Part shown: in pieces, positions 39,109 through 49,229 of the stretch
Position numbering within the stretch: the stretch's first letter is position 1
Layout of the letters: every line of letters begins with the position of its first letter
DNA from: Elusimicrobia bacterium UBA5214
GTDB lineage: Bacteria > Elusimicrobiota > UBA5214
Direction of reading: 5' to 3'
DNA length: 64,000 nucleotides
Assembly (NCBI GenBank): GCA_002412545.1
Contig: DHVG01000002.1
Span: 130,095 to 194,094, forward strand
Position numbers and translations under genes: made by a program
The notes under the pieces: model-generated
Seen by the model: the letters and a program-made list of their open reading frames with translations, nothing else
Database searches by the model: none
Told to the model about the DNA's origin: nothing

Positions 39109-40662
39109 TTAACTTTCAGTTACCCGGAGGATTTCTTCCGGCGTAGTGATACCTTGAACAACTTTTTCCCAGCCGTCTTCCCGAAGGGTCTTCATTCCTT
39201 TTTTTCTTGCAGTTTCTTTTAGTATTGTCGGGGTTGCTTTTTTTATAATCAGTTCGCGCAAATCGTTATCTATGAGTATCAGTTCAAATATACCGGTCCG
39301 ACCACGATATCCAGTTTGATGACATATTTTGCATCCTTTGCCTCGGTAAAAAACGATATCCTTATTCAATTGTTGCATTTCCAGGGTAGTAATTAATTCT
39401 TCTGAAAGTTTATATTGTTCCCTGCAGTTTGTGCAGATAGTCCGGACCAAACGCTGAGCAAGGACACCGATGAGTGCCGAAGAAATGAGAAATGGCTCAA
39501 CATGCATATCAATAAGCCGAGTAACCGCACCGATTGCATCATTAGTGTGGAGAGTAGTAAGAACCAGGTGACCGGTCAATGCTGCTCGCATAGCAATTTC
39601 TACGGTTTCTAAATCGCGCACTTCTCCAACCATAATCACATCCGGGTCCTGACGCAGGACTGCCCGTAACCCGTCAGCAAAAGTGAAACCAGCTTCCGGA
39701 TTCATTTCCGCTTGATTAATACCTCTTAGGAAATACTCACGCGGGTCTTCTAAAGTAATAATGTTTTTTCCTGGTGAGTTAATTTTCTGCAAGGCAGCAT
39801 ACAAGGTGCTTGTCTTTCCGCTTCCGGTCGGACCGGTAACAAGAATAATACCGTAGGGTTTTTTAATCAGCATTTTAAATTTTTCTAAGGTGTCGGTTGG
39901 GAATCCCAGTTTTTCTAAGTTAACATTTGTCTCCTTTTGGTCAAGAATACGGAGGACTACTTTTTCGCCAAAAGCCACCGGAAAAGTGGAAACTCGCACA
40001 TCAACTTCACGGTCTTCTATGCGCACACGGAAACGTCCATCCTGCGGACGACGGCGTTCAACGATATCCAAACCAGCGACGATTTTTATCCGGGGGATAA
40101 TCGGCAACTGCAATTGTTGAGGGAAAGAAATAGACTCATGTAAGATACCGTCAATACGGAACCGTATTTTTACTGTATTTTCTTCCGGTTCAATATGAAT
40201 ATCGCTTGCTTTTTCTTTGATTGCTTGGGAAAGGAGCAGGTTTACAAATTTGATTACTGGCGGTTCCTCGCTTATCCGCTGTAACCTAAGAAGGTCAAGG
40301 TGTTCTTCTTTAGCGAATGTAATGCCCATTTTCCCGATATTCTTGATAATTTCGTCCATTGAATCGCTTACTCCATAAAACTGTTCAATTGTCTTAAAGA
40401 TATCGGTTTCATTACTTGTCACTGGCTGGATATTACATCCGGTTATCAGTCGTGCTTCATCAATAGCAATGATATTCATCGGGTCAGACATCGCTACGGT
40501 TAATGTATCTTTAATTTTGAAGAGAGGCACCATTTTATATTTCTTTGCCAATTTTTCCGGCATAATATTTACCACCTCGGGGTCAATAAGATAACTGTTT
40601 AATTCAATAAAAGGAATATTACTGGTAATTTTATCCGGGTTAGCCATTTTGGGTTTCACCAA
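39109..40662 (-). CDS. pilB: Type IV pilus assembly / type II secretion ATPase (PilB/GspE family)
   Basis: GSPII_E N-terminal domain, Walker A GPTGSGKT, Asp/His boxes and a C-terminal tetracysteine motif (CTNC...CKIC). Confidence 0.85.
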   Translation of the reverse strand: MVKPKMANPDKITSNIPFIELNSYLIDPEVVNIMPEKLAKKYKMVPLFKIKDTLTVAMSDPMNIIAIDEARLITGCNIQPVTSNETDIFKTIEQFYGVSDSMDEIIKNIGKMGITFAKEEHLDLLRLQRISEEPPVIKFVNLLLSQAIKEKASDIHIEPEENTVKIRFRIDGILHESISFPQQLQLPIIPRIKIVAGLDIVERRRPQDGRFRVRIEDREVDVRVSTFPVAFGEKVVLRILDQKETNVNLEKLGFPTDTLEKFKMLIKKPYGIILVTGPTGSGKTSTLYAALQKINSPGKNIITLEDPREYFLRGINQAEMNPEAGFTFADGLRAVLRQDPDVIMVGEVRDLETVEIAMRAALTGHLVLTTLHTNDAIGAVTRLIDMHVEPFLISSALIGVLAQRLVRTICTNCREQYKLSEELITTLEMQQLNKDIVFYRGKGCKICHQTGYRGRTGIFELILIDNDLRELIIKKATPTILKETARKKGMKTLREDGWEKVVQGITTPEEILRVTES

Positions 40663-41020
40663 GTAATTCTTTTACTTTTTGTAACAATTCGTTAGGTCTA
40701 AACGGTTTAGTCAGATAATAATTTGCACCAGCTTTTTCACCCCACATTTTATCCTCTTCTTGACTTTTTGCGGTGAGCATAATGATTGGGGTATGCCGGT
40801 AATTTTCATCAAATTTAAGTAATCGGCAGACCTGATACCCGTCTAATCCCGGGAGCATTAAATCTAAGATGATTAAATCGGGCAATTCAGTTTTTGCTTT
40901 TTTGTAGCCCTCGTTTCCATCGGTTGCGGTAAGGACATTGTAGCCGTTAGCTTCCAGTCGCATTTTTATGGTTTCTAAGATATCCGGTTCATCATCAACA
41001 ACTAAAATTTTTTTCGGCAT
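40640..41020 (-). CDS. Single-domain response regulator (CheY-like receiver)
   Basis: KILVVDDEPDILE...DLIILDLMLPGLDG...TAK...KPF. Confidence 0.85.
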   Translation of the reverse strand: MPKKILVVDDEPDILETIKMRLEANGYNVLTATDGNEGYKKAKTELPDLIILDLMLPGLDGYQVCRLLKFDENYRHTPIIMLTAKSQEEDKMWGEKAGANYYLTKPFRPNELLQKVKELLGETQNG

Positions 41021-41023
41021 TTT

Positions 41024-42655
41024 TTATTCCCGAGGGAGAAGAAAACTAAATTTGCTACCTTTCCCGAGTTCACTCTCTGCCCAGATTCTACCGTGATGTT
41101 TTTCAATAATTCCTTTACAAATAGCCAAGCCCAATCCCGTCCCTTTTATTTTTGTTTTGGCGGAAGAACGTACTTGATAAAATTTATCAAATATTTTTTC
41201 CAAGTCCTGGGACGGTATACCTATTCCGTTATCAACAATCTCAACTTGCACACCTTCTTCAGATATTCTTGCAATAACCTTGATTGTTCCATTTTCCGGG
41301 GTGAATTTTATTGCATTACCAATAAGATTAGTAATTACCTGATTAATTCTATCCGAGTCAATATTTATCTCGGGTAAGTTCGCATCGGCATCAATGAATA
41401 AGGAGATATTTTTTTTACTTGCCGATTCATTCAAAAAGAGGACAATATCTTTGATTAACTGGTTAAGATTAGTTTTTTCTTTTTTCAATTCCAATCTATT
41501 TGCTTCAATTCGTGAAATATCCAGAAGGTCATCAATGAGTCGGCCTAAACGGTCAATATTACGATTGATGATGAGTAATGAACTCTTCTGGTATTCGCTT
41601 ACTTCACCGGCAATACCATCAAGTAAGTTGTCCATTGCTCCTCTGATTGCGGTTAAAGGTGTGCGTAACTCGTGTGAGACCATAGAAACGAAATCCGACT
41701 TCATCTGGTCAATTTTTCGTTCTTCAGTAACATCACGCAAAATTAGCAGTGTGCCAATCTTTTTATCTTCTCTATCTTTTACGGTAGTCATTTCAAACCG
41801 GACAATTCTTGGATACGGTTGGAACAAATCTATTTCCTTAATTGTAGGTTTATCCATTTCTTCTTTAAGCGTTTCCCAGGAAGTTGAAATATTCAATTCT
41901 CTAAATCGCTGGTTCACTTTCGTTATATCTAATTTTTCATTCTTGTTGAAGCCAAGCATTTCTCTTGCGGTTGGATTGTGAATAATCAATTCATCCTTTT
42001 CGTCAGTCATAATTACTCCTTCGGACATATTTTCTACCATTATTCTCATCTTGCTTTTTTCTGCCGAAATTACTGCCTGTAATCGTTCAATCGCACCCGA
42101 TGCCTGGCTAGCAATAGTGTAAAGAAGTTTTATTGTCTCTTCCGGATATTCTATTTCCCTAATACTACCAATATTTAAAATACCGACGATTTCATCCCGC
42201 ACAAAGAGAGGTACATCAAATGAAGATTTAACTTTTTGTTCTTTTACAATCAAATTTCCTGCTACTTTAGTTTTCAATTCCCAATCTTTTTGTTCTAAAT
42301 TGATATTCCGGAGAGCAAGAGTGTTAAACTTTATGATTAGATTATTTCTAATTTCTTCTAAGAAGGATTGTTCCGGATTAAAGGTAGTTCGGATTGATAT
42401 TTGCGGTTTCTCATCCTTACCAGCAATAAGTAAAGAAGCACAGAAATCGTAATTCACGACCCGATGGAGGGAATCCACCAAAAGATGAATAAGTTCATCG
42501 TAGTCAAGAGTATAACTTATGGCATTACTCAGTTCGTAGAGGATGGATAACTCAAAAATTCTTTGTTTTAATTCTTCTTTCAGGTGTCTATTTTCGGCAA
42601 TAATTTCTTCTTGGTTGGTAATCGGAATTATATCCGAAGAAGTATTTAACATCAC
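41024..42655 (-). CDS. Sensor histidine kinase (GAF/PAS sensor, HisKA, HATPase)
   Basis: H-box SHELRTPL; N/G boxes NLIGNAIKFT, DNGIGI and GTGLGLAI. Confidence 0.85.
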   Translation of the reverse strand: MMLNTSSDIIPITNQEEIIAENRHLKEELKQRIFELSILYELSNAISYTLDYDELIHLLVDSLHRVVNYDFCASLLIAGKDEKPQISIRTTFNPEQSFLEEIRNNLIIKFNTLALRNINLEQKDWELKTKVAGNLIVKEQKVKSSFDVPLFVRDEIVGILNIGSIREIEYPEETIKLLYTIASQASGAIERLQAVISAEKSKMRIMVENMSEGVIMTDEKDELIIHNPTAREMLGFNKNEKLDITKVNQRFRELNISTSWETLKEEMDKPTIKEIDLFQPYPRIVRFEMTTVKDREDKKIGTLLILRDVTEERKIDQMKSDFVSMVSHELRTPLTAIRGAMDNLLDGIAGEVSEYQKSSLLIINRNIDRLGRLIDDLLDISRIEANRLELKKEKTNLNQLIKDIVLFLNESASKKNISLFIDADANLPEINIDSDRINQVITNLIGNAIKFTPENGTIKVIARISEEGVQVEIVDNGIGIPSQDLEKIFDKFYQVRSSAKTKIKGTGLGLAICKGIIEKHHGRIWAESELGKGSKFSFLLPRE

Positions 42656-42656
42656 C

Positions 42657-43415
42657 TTATTCTATTTTTTGTTCTACACTTTTAAGGAAACCGAATATTT
42701 TTTCAATGTCCAAAGGTTTAGAAAGACAACCCCGAATACCGGATAATTGTTTTGCCTCCTCTAATTTTTCCGGATAACTGGTCATAAAGATAACTTGCGG
42801 TTTATTAGATACCTCTCTAAATTTTTGATATAATTTTATACCGCTGGTATCTTTGAGAACGATATCCAGAAAGATAAGGTCAAATTCCTTTTCTTTAATT
42901 AACTTTTCCGCCTGCTCACTGTTGTTTGCTACTTCAAAGGAGTAATTTTTTCTCCCTAAAAAATTGGAAAAGAAATCAAGCATATTCTCATCGTCATCAA
43001 CAACCAGGATGCGTGGTTTGGTCGTAAATTTACTCAACTGGATATCGCTGAGTATTGTATTAACTTGGGTGATATCAAAAGGCTTGTAGATTGAATCACG
43101 CACTCCTTCCTTTTTCGCTTGTTCCAGTGTTTCTTCTACGGCATAACCGGTCATCATTACTACCGGTATTTCGGGATTGATTTTCCGTATTTGCCGGTAT
43201 GTTTCTAAACCATCCATCCCCGGCATTTTTACATCCAAAAAACAAATATCAAAACTTTTTTCTTTCACTAATTCTACCCCACGGTAACCGTTTTCTGCCT
43301 CGGTTACTTCAACCCCTTGTGCCGATAAAAGACGACCAAAAAAAACACGGATAATTTTTTCATCGTCAATAACTAAAACTTTAAGTCCCGTTTTTGCCGT
43401 AGTCATGAAATTCAA
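42657..43415 (-). CDS. Tandem double-receiver response regulator (REC-REC)
   Basis: Two consecutive receiver domains: KVLVIDDEK...D..FLDVKMPGMDG and RILVVDDDENM...DLIFLDIVL. Confidence 0.8.
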   Translation of the reverse strand: MNFMTTAKTGLKVLVIDDEKIIRVFFGRLLSAQGVEVTEAENGYRGVELVKEKSFDICFLDVKMPGMDGLETYRQIRKINPEIPVVMMTGYAVEETLEQAKKEGVRDSIYKPFDITQVNTILSDIQLSKFTTKPRILVVDDDENMLDFFSNFLGRKNYSFEVANNSEQAEKLIKEKEFDLIFLDIVLKDTSGIKLYQKFREVSNKPQVIFMTSYPEKLEEAKQLSGIRGCLSKPLDIEKIFGFLKSVEQKIE

Positions 43416-43430
43416 CCCCCGTTTAAATAT

Positions 43431-43823
43431 TTATTTGCTTGTAGTGGAAGACTTTGCTTTGGCAATTTCTTCAATAACTTCAGCCAGTTCTTTAATCTCA
43501 AATGGTTTAAGAAAAAACCGATATGGATTTAACTTTTTTGCTTCTTCTTCTAATGTCTGTTTTGCACTGCTGGACATAATTACCACCGGTAATTCGGGCT
43601 TAATTTGTTTAATAATTTTTAAAGTTTCTACCCCGTCCATCTTGGGCATAACCGTATCCAGAAAGACAAGGTCATAAGTTTCTTGCTTTACTTTTTCAAT
43701 ACCATTCAATCCATTTTCTGCAATTTCGTATTTATACCCGTACTTCTGAATTAAACGGGATAATACCGCCTGGATTAATTCATCATCATCAATGATTAAG
43801 AGTAATAATGTTTTGCTATCCAT
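43431..43823 (-). CDS. Single-domain response regulator
   Basis: LLLIIDDDELIQ...DLVFLDTVMPKMDG. Confidence 0.85.
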   Translation of the reverse strand: MDSKTLLLLIIDDDELIQAVLSRLIQKYGYKYEIAENGLNGIEKVKQETYDLVFLDTVMPKMDGVETLKIIKQIKPELPVVIMSSSAKQTLEEEAKKLNPYRFFLKPFEIKELAEVIEEIAKAKSSTTSK

Positions 43824-43842
43824 TAATTTAATTGCAAAGTAA

Positions 43843-45453
43843 TCATCCTTTCAAAATTGGTAAAGTAATTACAAATTTTGCACCTTTATCTTTACCTTCA
43901 CTTTCTACTCTAATGTTTCCTTGGTGTTTCTGAATGATTCCGTGGCTTACCGAAAGTCCTAATCCAGTTCCCTTGCCTACTTCTTTGGTAGTAAAAAACG
44001 GTTCAAAGATGTGTTTCAAATTCTCTTTTTCAATTCCTATACCGGTGTCAATAAAAGAAATTTCTATTGAATCCGGTTCTCTGAAGTATGTATTTATGGT
44101 TAAGGTGCCACCTTTAGGCATCGCTTGTTGTGCATTTACAATGATGTTCAAAAATACCTGTTGTAAATGACTTGTACTTGCATTTATAAAAGGTGAATTC
44201 TGAGCGTAATTCCTGACTATTTTTACATTAGCAAGTGTAATTTGATGTTCACATAACTTCAATGTTTCTTCAATTACTTCATTAACATTAGCCGGTTTAA
44301 AATCAAATTGGGATTGCCTGGAGAAACTTAACAAACTGGCAATAATCTTTTTACAGCGCTGAGCAGATTTCTCAATTTCTTTGAGGTCATTTTTCCAAGG
44401 AATATCGTTGGGTATTTCGTTAATAAGTATTTGGGCAAAACCCAGTATCCCGCTTAAAGGATTATTCAATTCATGAGCCGCTCCTCCGGCTAACTGCCCA
44501 AGAGCGGCTAATTTCTCCGATTGGATAAGTTTTGCTTGTGATATTTCAAGATTACGGCATACCTCTTTTAATTCGGTGATTTTCTCCTCTAATTTTTTAT
44601 AAAGATGTGCGTTTTCTATTGCCTGACTGATTTGAGCGACAAAAACCGAAACCATCTGAAGGTCAGTTTGACTAAAATTTTCTTTAGTTTGGGTCCTCGT
44701 CAGGTTGATTAACCCGAGGAGATTGTCCCCTCGTATTATTGGAAAAAGAATTGCCGAATTTGTTCCATTGTAATCTACAAATTTGTTAAATTCCGGATAG
44801 TTGCCGAATCCTTCAACTAAAAGTAAAGGTGCTCTTGTCTGTTTGGTCTTCTCAGCAATAATCTGACCGAGGGTTAACCTTTTTTCTTTCTCAATTTCTC
44901 CATCAAATCCAGAAGAAGCAGCAAGATAAAGTTTTTCTTGTTCGTCATAAAGCATAATTGATACCTCGTCAGCACGGAAAGTCCTAATACTTAAATCAAC
45001 GATTATATTCAGCAGGTCGTCTAACTTTAGCGAAGAGAATACTGCCCTACTTGTTTCGTAAAGGGCAAGGGTAAATTTTAATTCTTTCTTTTCTAAAACT
45101 TTTTCAATGAGAGTAGTTAATTCATCAATATTGAACGGTTTGGCGATGTAATCATAAGCACCCATTTTCATACATTCTACTGCCGTTTCTACCGTGCCGT
45201 AACCGGTAGCAACAATTGCTTCTATTGTCGGGTCAATTTTTTTTATTTCTTTCAAGGTTTCCGTGCCACTTAATTTTGGCATTTTTAAGTCAAGAATAAC
45301 CAAGTCAAACTTTCCTTGTTTAACTTTTTCTATTCCCTCAAGACCGTCAGCAGTGGTAACGATACTATACCCTCGTGAACCCAATTCAAAAGTAAGTAAA
45401 TCCCGCAACCCCCTTTCATCATCAATGACTAAAATTTTTTGTTTACTTCCCAT
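43843..45453 (-). CDS. Hybrid REC-GAF-HisKA-HATPase histidine kinase
   Basis: N-terminal receiver (ILVIDDERGLRDLL...DLVILDLKMPKLSG), a GAF-like middle, H-box AAHELNNPL and HATPase G-boxes. Confidence 0.8.
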   Translation of the reverse strand: MGSKQKILVIDDERGLRDLLTFELGSRGYSIVTTADGLEGIEKVKQGKFDLVILDLKMPKLSGTETLKEIKKIDPTIEAIVATGYGTVETAVECMKMGAYDYIAKPFNIDELTTLIEKVLEKKELKFTLALYETSRAVFSSLKLDDLLNIIVDLSIRTFRADEVSIMLYDEQEKLYLAASSGFDGEIEKEKRLTLGQIIAEKTKQTRAPLLLVEGFGNYPEFNKFVDYNGTNSAILFPIIRGDNLLGLINLTRTQTKENFSQTDLQMVSVFVAQISQAIENAHLYKKLEEKITELKEVCRNLEISQAKLIQSEKLAALGQLAGGAAHELNNPLSGILGFAQILINEIPNDIPWKNDLKEIEKSAQRCKKIIASLLSFSRQSQFDFKPANVNEVIEETLKLCEHQITLANVKIVRNYAQNSPFINASTSHLQQVFLNIIVNAQQAMPKGGTLTINTYFREPDSIEISFIDTGIGIEKENLKHIFEPFFTTKEVGKGTGLGLSVSHGIIQKHQGNIRVESEGKDKGAKFVITLPILKG

Positions 45454-45833
45454 TAGTCCTTACCTCTTTGATAGACAGTAGATTTTTCGATTATAGTGAA
45501 TATCTCATTTATGTCAACCGGTTTATAAAGGCAGGTATAAGCACCGAGTTCTTTTGCCTTGTTTTCAAAAGTAAAGGCAGGGTCTGAACTGCTGCTGAAG
45601 ATCACTACAACCTGGGTCGGTCGTAATTGTTTGATAATTTTCAGTGCTTCCGGTCCTCGCATTCTCGGCATATGCACATCTAAAAAAATAATATCAAAAG
45701 TATCTTTTTTTACCATTTCTATACCTTCTAACCCATCGTTAGCGGTAAATACTTCAAAACCGTTTGGTTCTAAGAGAAATTTAAACAAATCCCGTATTCC
45801 TTGTTCGTCATCAACAACTAATATTTTTTTCAT
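45453..45833 (-). CDS. Single-domain response regulator
   Basis: KILVVDDEQGIRDLF...DIIFLDVHMPRMRG. Confidence 0.85.
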   Translation of the reverse strand: MKKILVVDDEQGIRDLFKFLLEPNGFEVFTANDGLEGIEMVKKDTFDIIFLDVHMPRMRGPEALKIIKQLRPTQVVVIFSSSSDPAFTFENKAKELGAYTCLYKPVDINEIFTIIEKSTVYQRGKD

Positions 45834-45932
45834 TTCCGATTTCCGATTTTAGATTTACGATGTCAATCGTCAATCAACAATCATCAATCACTAAATCGGT
45901 AGTTTTCTCGTAAAAGTTGTTCCTTTCTTTGA

Positions 45933-47507
45933 CTACTCCGCTAAGAGTTTACTGATTCTCTTGCCTAATTCTTCAATCTCAAACGGCTTGGAAAGATAAT
46001 CGTTGGCGCCAGCAGTGAATATCTTTTCCCGATTTTCCGGTGAATCATAACCGGTAATGGCTAAAATTTTTATTCCTTTAGTTTTTTCGTTACTGCGGAT
46101 ATTCCGGCAGACTTGAAAACCGTCAATTCCCGGAAGCAATAGGTCAAGAATCATTAGGTCTGGGTTAAACTCAAGAACTGCCTGCCCAGCACGGAAGCCA
46201 TCAGTAGCCGAGGTAAACTGGTATTTTTCCGGGAATTTTTTCAAAAAAGCAATTGCCAGGTTAATAATTGCCCGGTCATCATCCACAACGAGTACTTTTT
46301 TCTTTTCCTTTTCAGTGAATTCTTCAATAATAGGGAGTTTAATGGTGAAAGTTGTTCCTTTACCTTTTTCACTCTCAAAATCAATTGTTCCATTATGTTT
46401 CTGCATTATTTCATAACATAAACTTAGACCTAAACCAGTTCCTTTACCCGGTTCTTTGGTTGTGAAAAATGGTTCAAAAATTTTATGTTTGACTTCTTCC
46501 GGGATACCTGCCCCGGTATCTTCTACACGAATTTCCACGAATTTCCCCTCACCTTCCACCTTTGCTAAAGCTACGGTGGACAGGTTTTCCTCTCCCTCAA
46601 GGGGAGAGGGGATGGTGAGGGTGGTGGTTATGGTTATTGTTCCACCATCGGGCATTACATCAAGAGCATTGTTCGCCAAATTCATAATTACCTGTTGGAT
46701 TTGGTTACGGTTGGCAAAAATCATTGGTAAATCAGGGGCATATTTTTTGGTTATTACAACATTGCGCATTTTTGCTTGATGTTCAACCAGTAACAAGGTT
46801 TCTTCAACTGCTTGGTTTATTTCCATTGATGTTTTCCCGGTTCCGCTTGAACGCGAGAAAACCAAAAGATTTTGCACTAAGGTCTTACAGCGCAGCGCTT
46901 CTCTTTCAATTGAGGACAAAGGCAGATAAAGAGGATTATTCTGGTCAATTCGTTTCATTACACTCTGGGCAAAACCTAAGATTACACCCATCGGATTATT
47001 TATTTCGTGAGCGATACCACCAGCTAATTGACCGATTGCCGCCATCTTGTCCGATTGAATAAGTTTAGCTTGCGTTTCTTTCAACTGTTTATTTGCTTCC
47101 TCAACATCTTCTAAGATATTGAGTATTGCTTTTCGGTCGTTGCTTAATTCAGCGATTTCTTTTTCTCTTTCTTCAATCATTGTCCAGATTAGTTTTGCCG
47201 AGGCACCTTTTAAAAGTTCTACACCGGGAGGTAACATTTTACTTAACGATTTTTCAACTTCGGGGTTACCGGTTACCTCAATAACTGTATTGAGACCACT
47301 AATTTTTAAGAAGGGGGAGAAATCTTTCCCGGTCGGTAGTCCCAATTCTTTTGCTAATTTGATTCCCGGTGCGTCATCATTAGTGTCCACAATGCCGCAA
47401 ATATTTAACCACGGTTCTTTATGAAATAACTCAATTAATGCCTTTCCACCTTTCCCGGCGCCGATAATTAAAACATTTATTTTTTTGTCCATTTGCATTA
47501 TTCTCAC
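45933..47507 (-). CDS. Soluble hybrid histidine kinase: Rex-like NAD(H)/CoA-binding Rossmann domain, HisKA, HATPase, REC
   Basis: N-terminal [19 protein letters not shown]...ICGIVDTN...[11 protein letters not shown] is a Rex C-domain-like GxGxxG fold. H-box [10 protein letters not shown]-terminal receiver. The HATPase loop carries a GC-rich palindromic insertion (46546-46628). Confidence 0.7.
   Translation of the reverse strand: MRIMQMDKKINVLIIGAGKGGKALIELFHKEPWLNICGIVDTNDDAPGIKLAKELGLPTGKDFSPFLKISGLNTVIEVTGNPEVEKSLSKMLPPGVELLKGASAKLIWTMIEEREKEIAELSNDRKAILNILEDVEEANKQLKETQAKLIQSDKMAAIGQLAGGIAHEINNPMGVILGFAQSVMKRIDQNNPLYLPLSSIEREALRCKTLVQNLLVFSRSSGTGKTSMEINQAVEETLLLVEHQAKMRNVVITKKYAPDLPMIFANRNQIQQVIMNLANNALDVMPDGGTITITTTLTIPSPLEGEENLSTVALAKVEGEGKFVEIRVEDTGAGIPEEVKHKIFEPFFTTKEPGKGTGLGLSLCYEIMQKHNGTIDFESEKGKGTTFTIKLPIIEEFTEKEKKKVLVVDDDRAIINLAIAFLKKFPEKYQFTSATDGFRAGQAVLEFNPDLMILDLLLPGIDGFQVCRNIRSNEKTKGIKILAITGYDSPENREKIFTAGANDYLSKPFEIEELGKRISKLLAE
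46546..46628. repeat. GC-rich compound palindromic element inserted in frame in the HATPase loop of a histidine kinase
   Basis: cccctcaccttccacc ... cctctccctcaaggggagagg ... ggggatggtgagggtggtgg. The core is the exact reverse complement of 54944-54964. Confidence 0.85.
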
Positions 47508-47508
47508 C

Positions 47509-48534
47509 TCAGCTTCCTATTCTTGCTTTAAGTTGAGCAATTTCATTTTTCAGTTCAACCATTTTCAGTTCCCGTCCAACGACCGTCTTTTTCCAGCGCT
47601 GTAATTCATCAAATTCTTTTTTCAATTCATCTCTTGATGCTTCTAATTCCTTTGTCCGTTCTTTGACTCTTTGTTCTAAGAAAAGATTAGCCGCTTTTAA
47701 TTCTTCGGTAGTTATCTGCAGTTTTTCTGCCATTGAATTGAAAGAATTAGCAAGTTTACCGATTTCGTCTTTTGATTTTATTTTGGCTCTTACTGCGAGA
47801 TTACCCCCGGCGATTATTTCGGTAACCACGGCTAACTGGTCAAGAGGACGAGTTATTCCTGAAGAGAGAAGGAAAGAAATAACCGCACTAATAACTATAA
47901 ATAAGAAAATAAAACCTATACTGGAAATAAAAATCTTGTTTCTTTCTATTCCAATCCCTTTAAGGGAGAAACCAATTTTTACTAATCCAAGAGCATTTAT
48001 TTTGCCTTCTCCTTGCTCCGATTCTAATGCTTTTTCTACGACCGTCCCCGCAGAAGGGATAATTAAACTACAGACCTCAAGGAATTTACCTTCTTTTTTA
48101 CTCCGCTGATGATAATGAATACTTGGTTTTGCTGTAGAAATGGTCTCTCGGTCAAGTTCATCTTGATATACTTTCCCAATTTCTTGAGGGTTACTATGGG
48201 CTAAGACATTACCGGTGTTGTCCATAATTGATATATAAGCCACATTAGGGTCAAGAGCAAAAGATTGGACTAAAGAATTGAGTCGGTCCGCATTTCCCAG
48301 ATATAAATCTACCGCACTTGATGAACTTAATATCTCAATTAAATGCATTCCATGCTCGTGCATATTTTTTATTAAAACATTTCTTATTTGAAGAAGAAAA
48401 AAAATGCTTAAAGTAAGTCCAATCATTCCGGTTAGAAATGATGAAAAAAGGAATAATTTTGTCTTTAGACTGTTTAGAAGATGATAACCCTTTTTTTCTG
48501 AAGATTGCTGACTAATTTGTTCTTCTTTATTCAT
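47509..48534 (-). CDS. Membrane sensor module without a kinase domain: TM, extracytoplasmic domain, TM, HAMP, coiled coil
   Basis: Two hydrophobic segments flank a ~150 aa domain. The HAMP-like segment is RPLDQLAVVTEIIAGGNLAVRAKIKSKDEIGKLANSFNSMAEKL. The C-terminal coiled coil has no H-box or HATPase. Confidence 0.6.
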   Translation of the reverse strand: MNKEEQISQQSSEKKGYHLLNSLKTKLFLFSSFLTGMIGLTLSIFFLLQIRNVLIKNMHEHGMHLIEILSSSSAVDLYLGNADRLNSLVQSFALDPNVAYISIMDNTGNVLAHSNPQEIGKVYQDELDRETISTAKPSIHYHQRSKKEGKFLEVCSLIIPSAGTVVEKALESEQGEGKINALGLVKIGFSLKGIGIERNKIFISSIGFIFLFIVISAVISFLLSSGITRPLDQLAVVTEIIAGGNLAVRAKIKSKDEIGKLANSFNSMAEKLQITTEELKAANLFLEQRVKERTKELEASRDELKKEFDELQRWKKTVVGRELKMVELKNEIAQLKARIGS

Positions 48535-48537
48535 CTT

Positions 48538-49110
48538 TTATTCCTCCAGTAATTTGGCGATTCTCTCGCTTAATTCTTCGGTACCAAACGGTTTAGGAAG
48601 ATAATCGTCAGCACCGGCAGCAAATATCTTTTCCCGATTTTCCGGCGAATCATAGCCGGTGATTGCTAAAATTTTCATTTCTTTTGTCTTTTCATTACTG
48701 CGGATATTCCGACAGACCTGGAAACCATCAATTCCGGGAAGCATTAAATCAAGAATGATTAAATCCGGTTCAAATTCAGAAAGTTTTTGCCCGGCTTGGA
48801 AACCATCCATAGCCGAAGCAAACTGATATTTTTCCGGTAATTTTTTCAAAAAACGAGTGATAAGATTAATAATCGCTTGGTCGTCATCAACAACTAAAAT
48901 TTTTTTTCTACCATCCTCAAGTAATTCTTTGGGAATAGGCATAGCGTATTTTTTCAAGAATTCAAGTAAGTCATCTTTTCTTACCCGGCGATGTCCTCCG
49001 GGTGTGTAGAAAGCTTTGAGTTCACCGGCATCAATCCAATCAGCTACGGTGGTAGGAGAAGCACCACAAATTTCACTGATATCAAAAGTGCTGTATGTTT
49101 TTTCCGCCAT
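48538..49110 (-). CDS. MerR/excisionase-type HTH fused to a receiver domain (DNA-binding response regulator)
   Basis: N-terminal FDISEICGASPTTVADWIDAGELKAF..GGHRRVRKDDL HTH. The receiver is ~80% identical to the C-terminal receiver of 45933-47507. Confidence 0.75.
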   Translation of the reverse strand: MAEKTYSTFDISEICGASPTTVADWIDAGELKAFYTPGGHRRVRKDDLLEFLKKYAMPIPKELLEDGRKKILVVDDDQAIINLITRFLKKLPEKYQFASAMDGFQAGQKLSEFEPDLIILDLMLPGIDGFQVCRNIRSNEKTKEMKILAITGYDSPENREKIFAAGADDYLPKPFGTEELSERIAKLLEE

Positions 49111-49229
49111 TTATTTACCGCTTTTGCTGTTTTTACCGCTTAATCAGATTATACCGCTTTTACTGTTTTTGTCAAGGGTTTTTTGGAAAGATTTTTTTGC
49201 TGCAGAGGAACCCTAAAGTGTGGGTAAGT

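Noticed and set aside
47509-48534. Calling 47509-48534 a chemoreceptor (MCP)
   Set aside because: It has TM-sensor-TM-HAMP topology, but the C-terminal coiled coil is short (about 90 aa) and lacks the conserved MCP signalling hairpin motif. It is more consistent with a truncated or split sensor-kinase input module.
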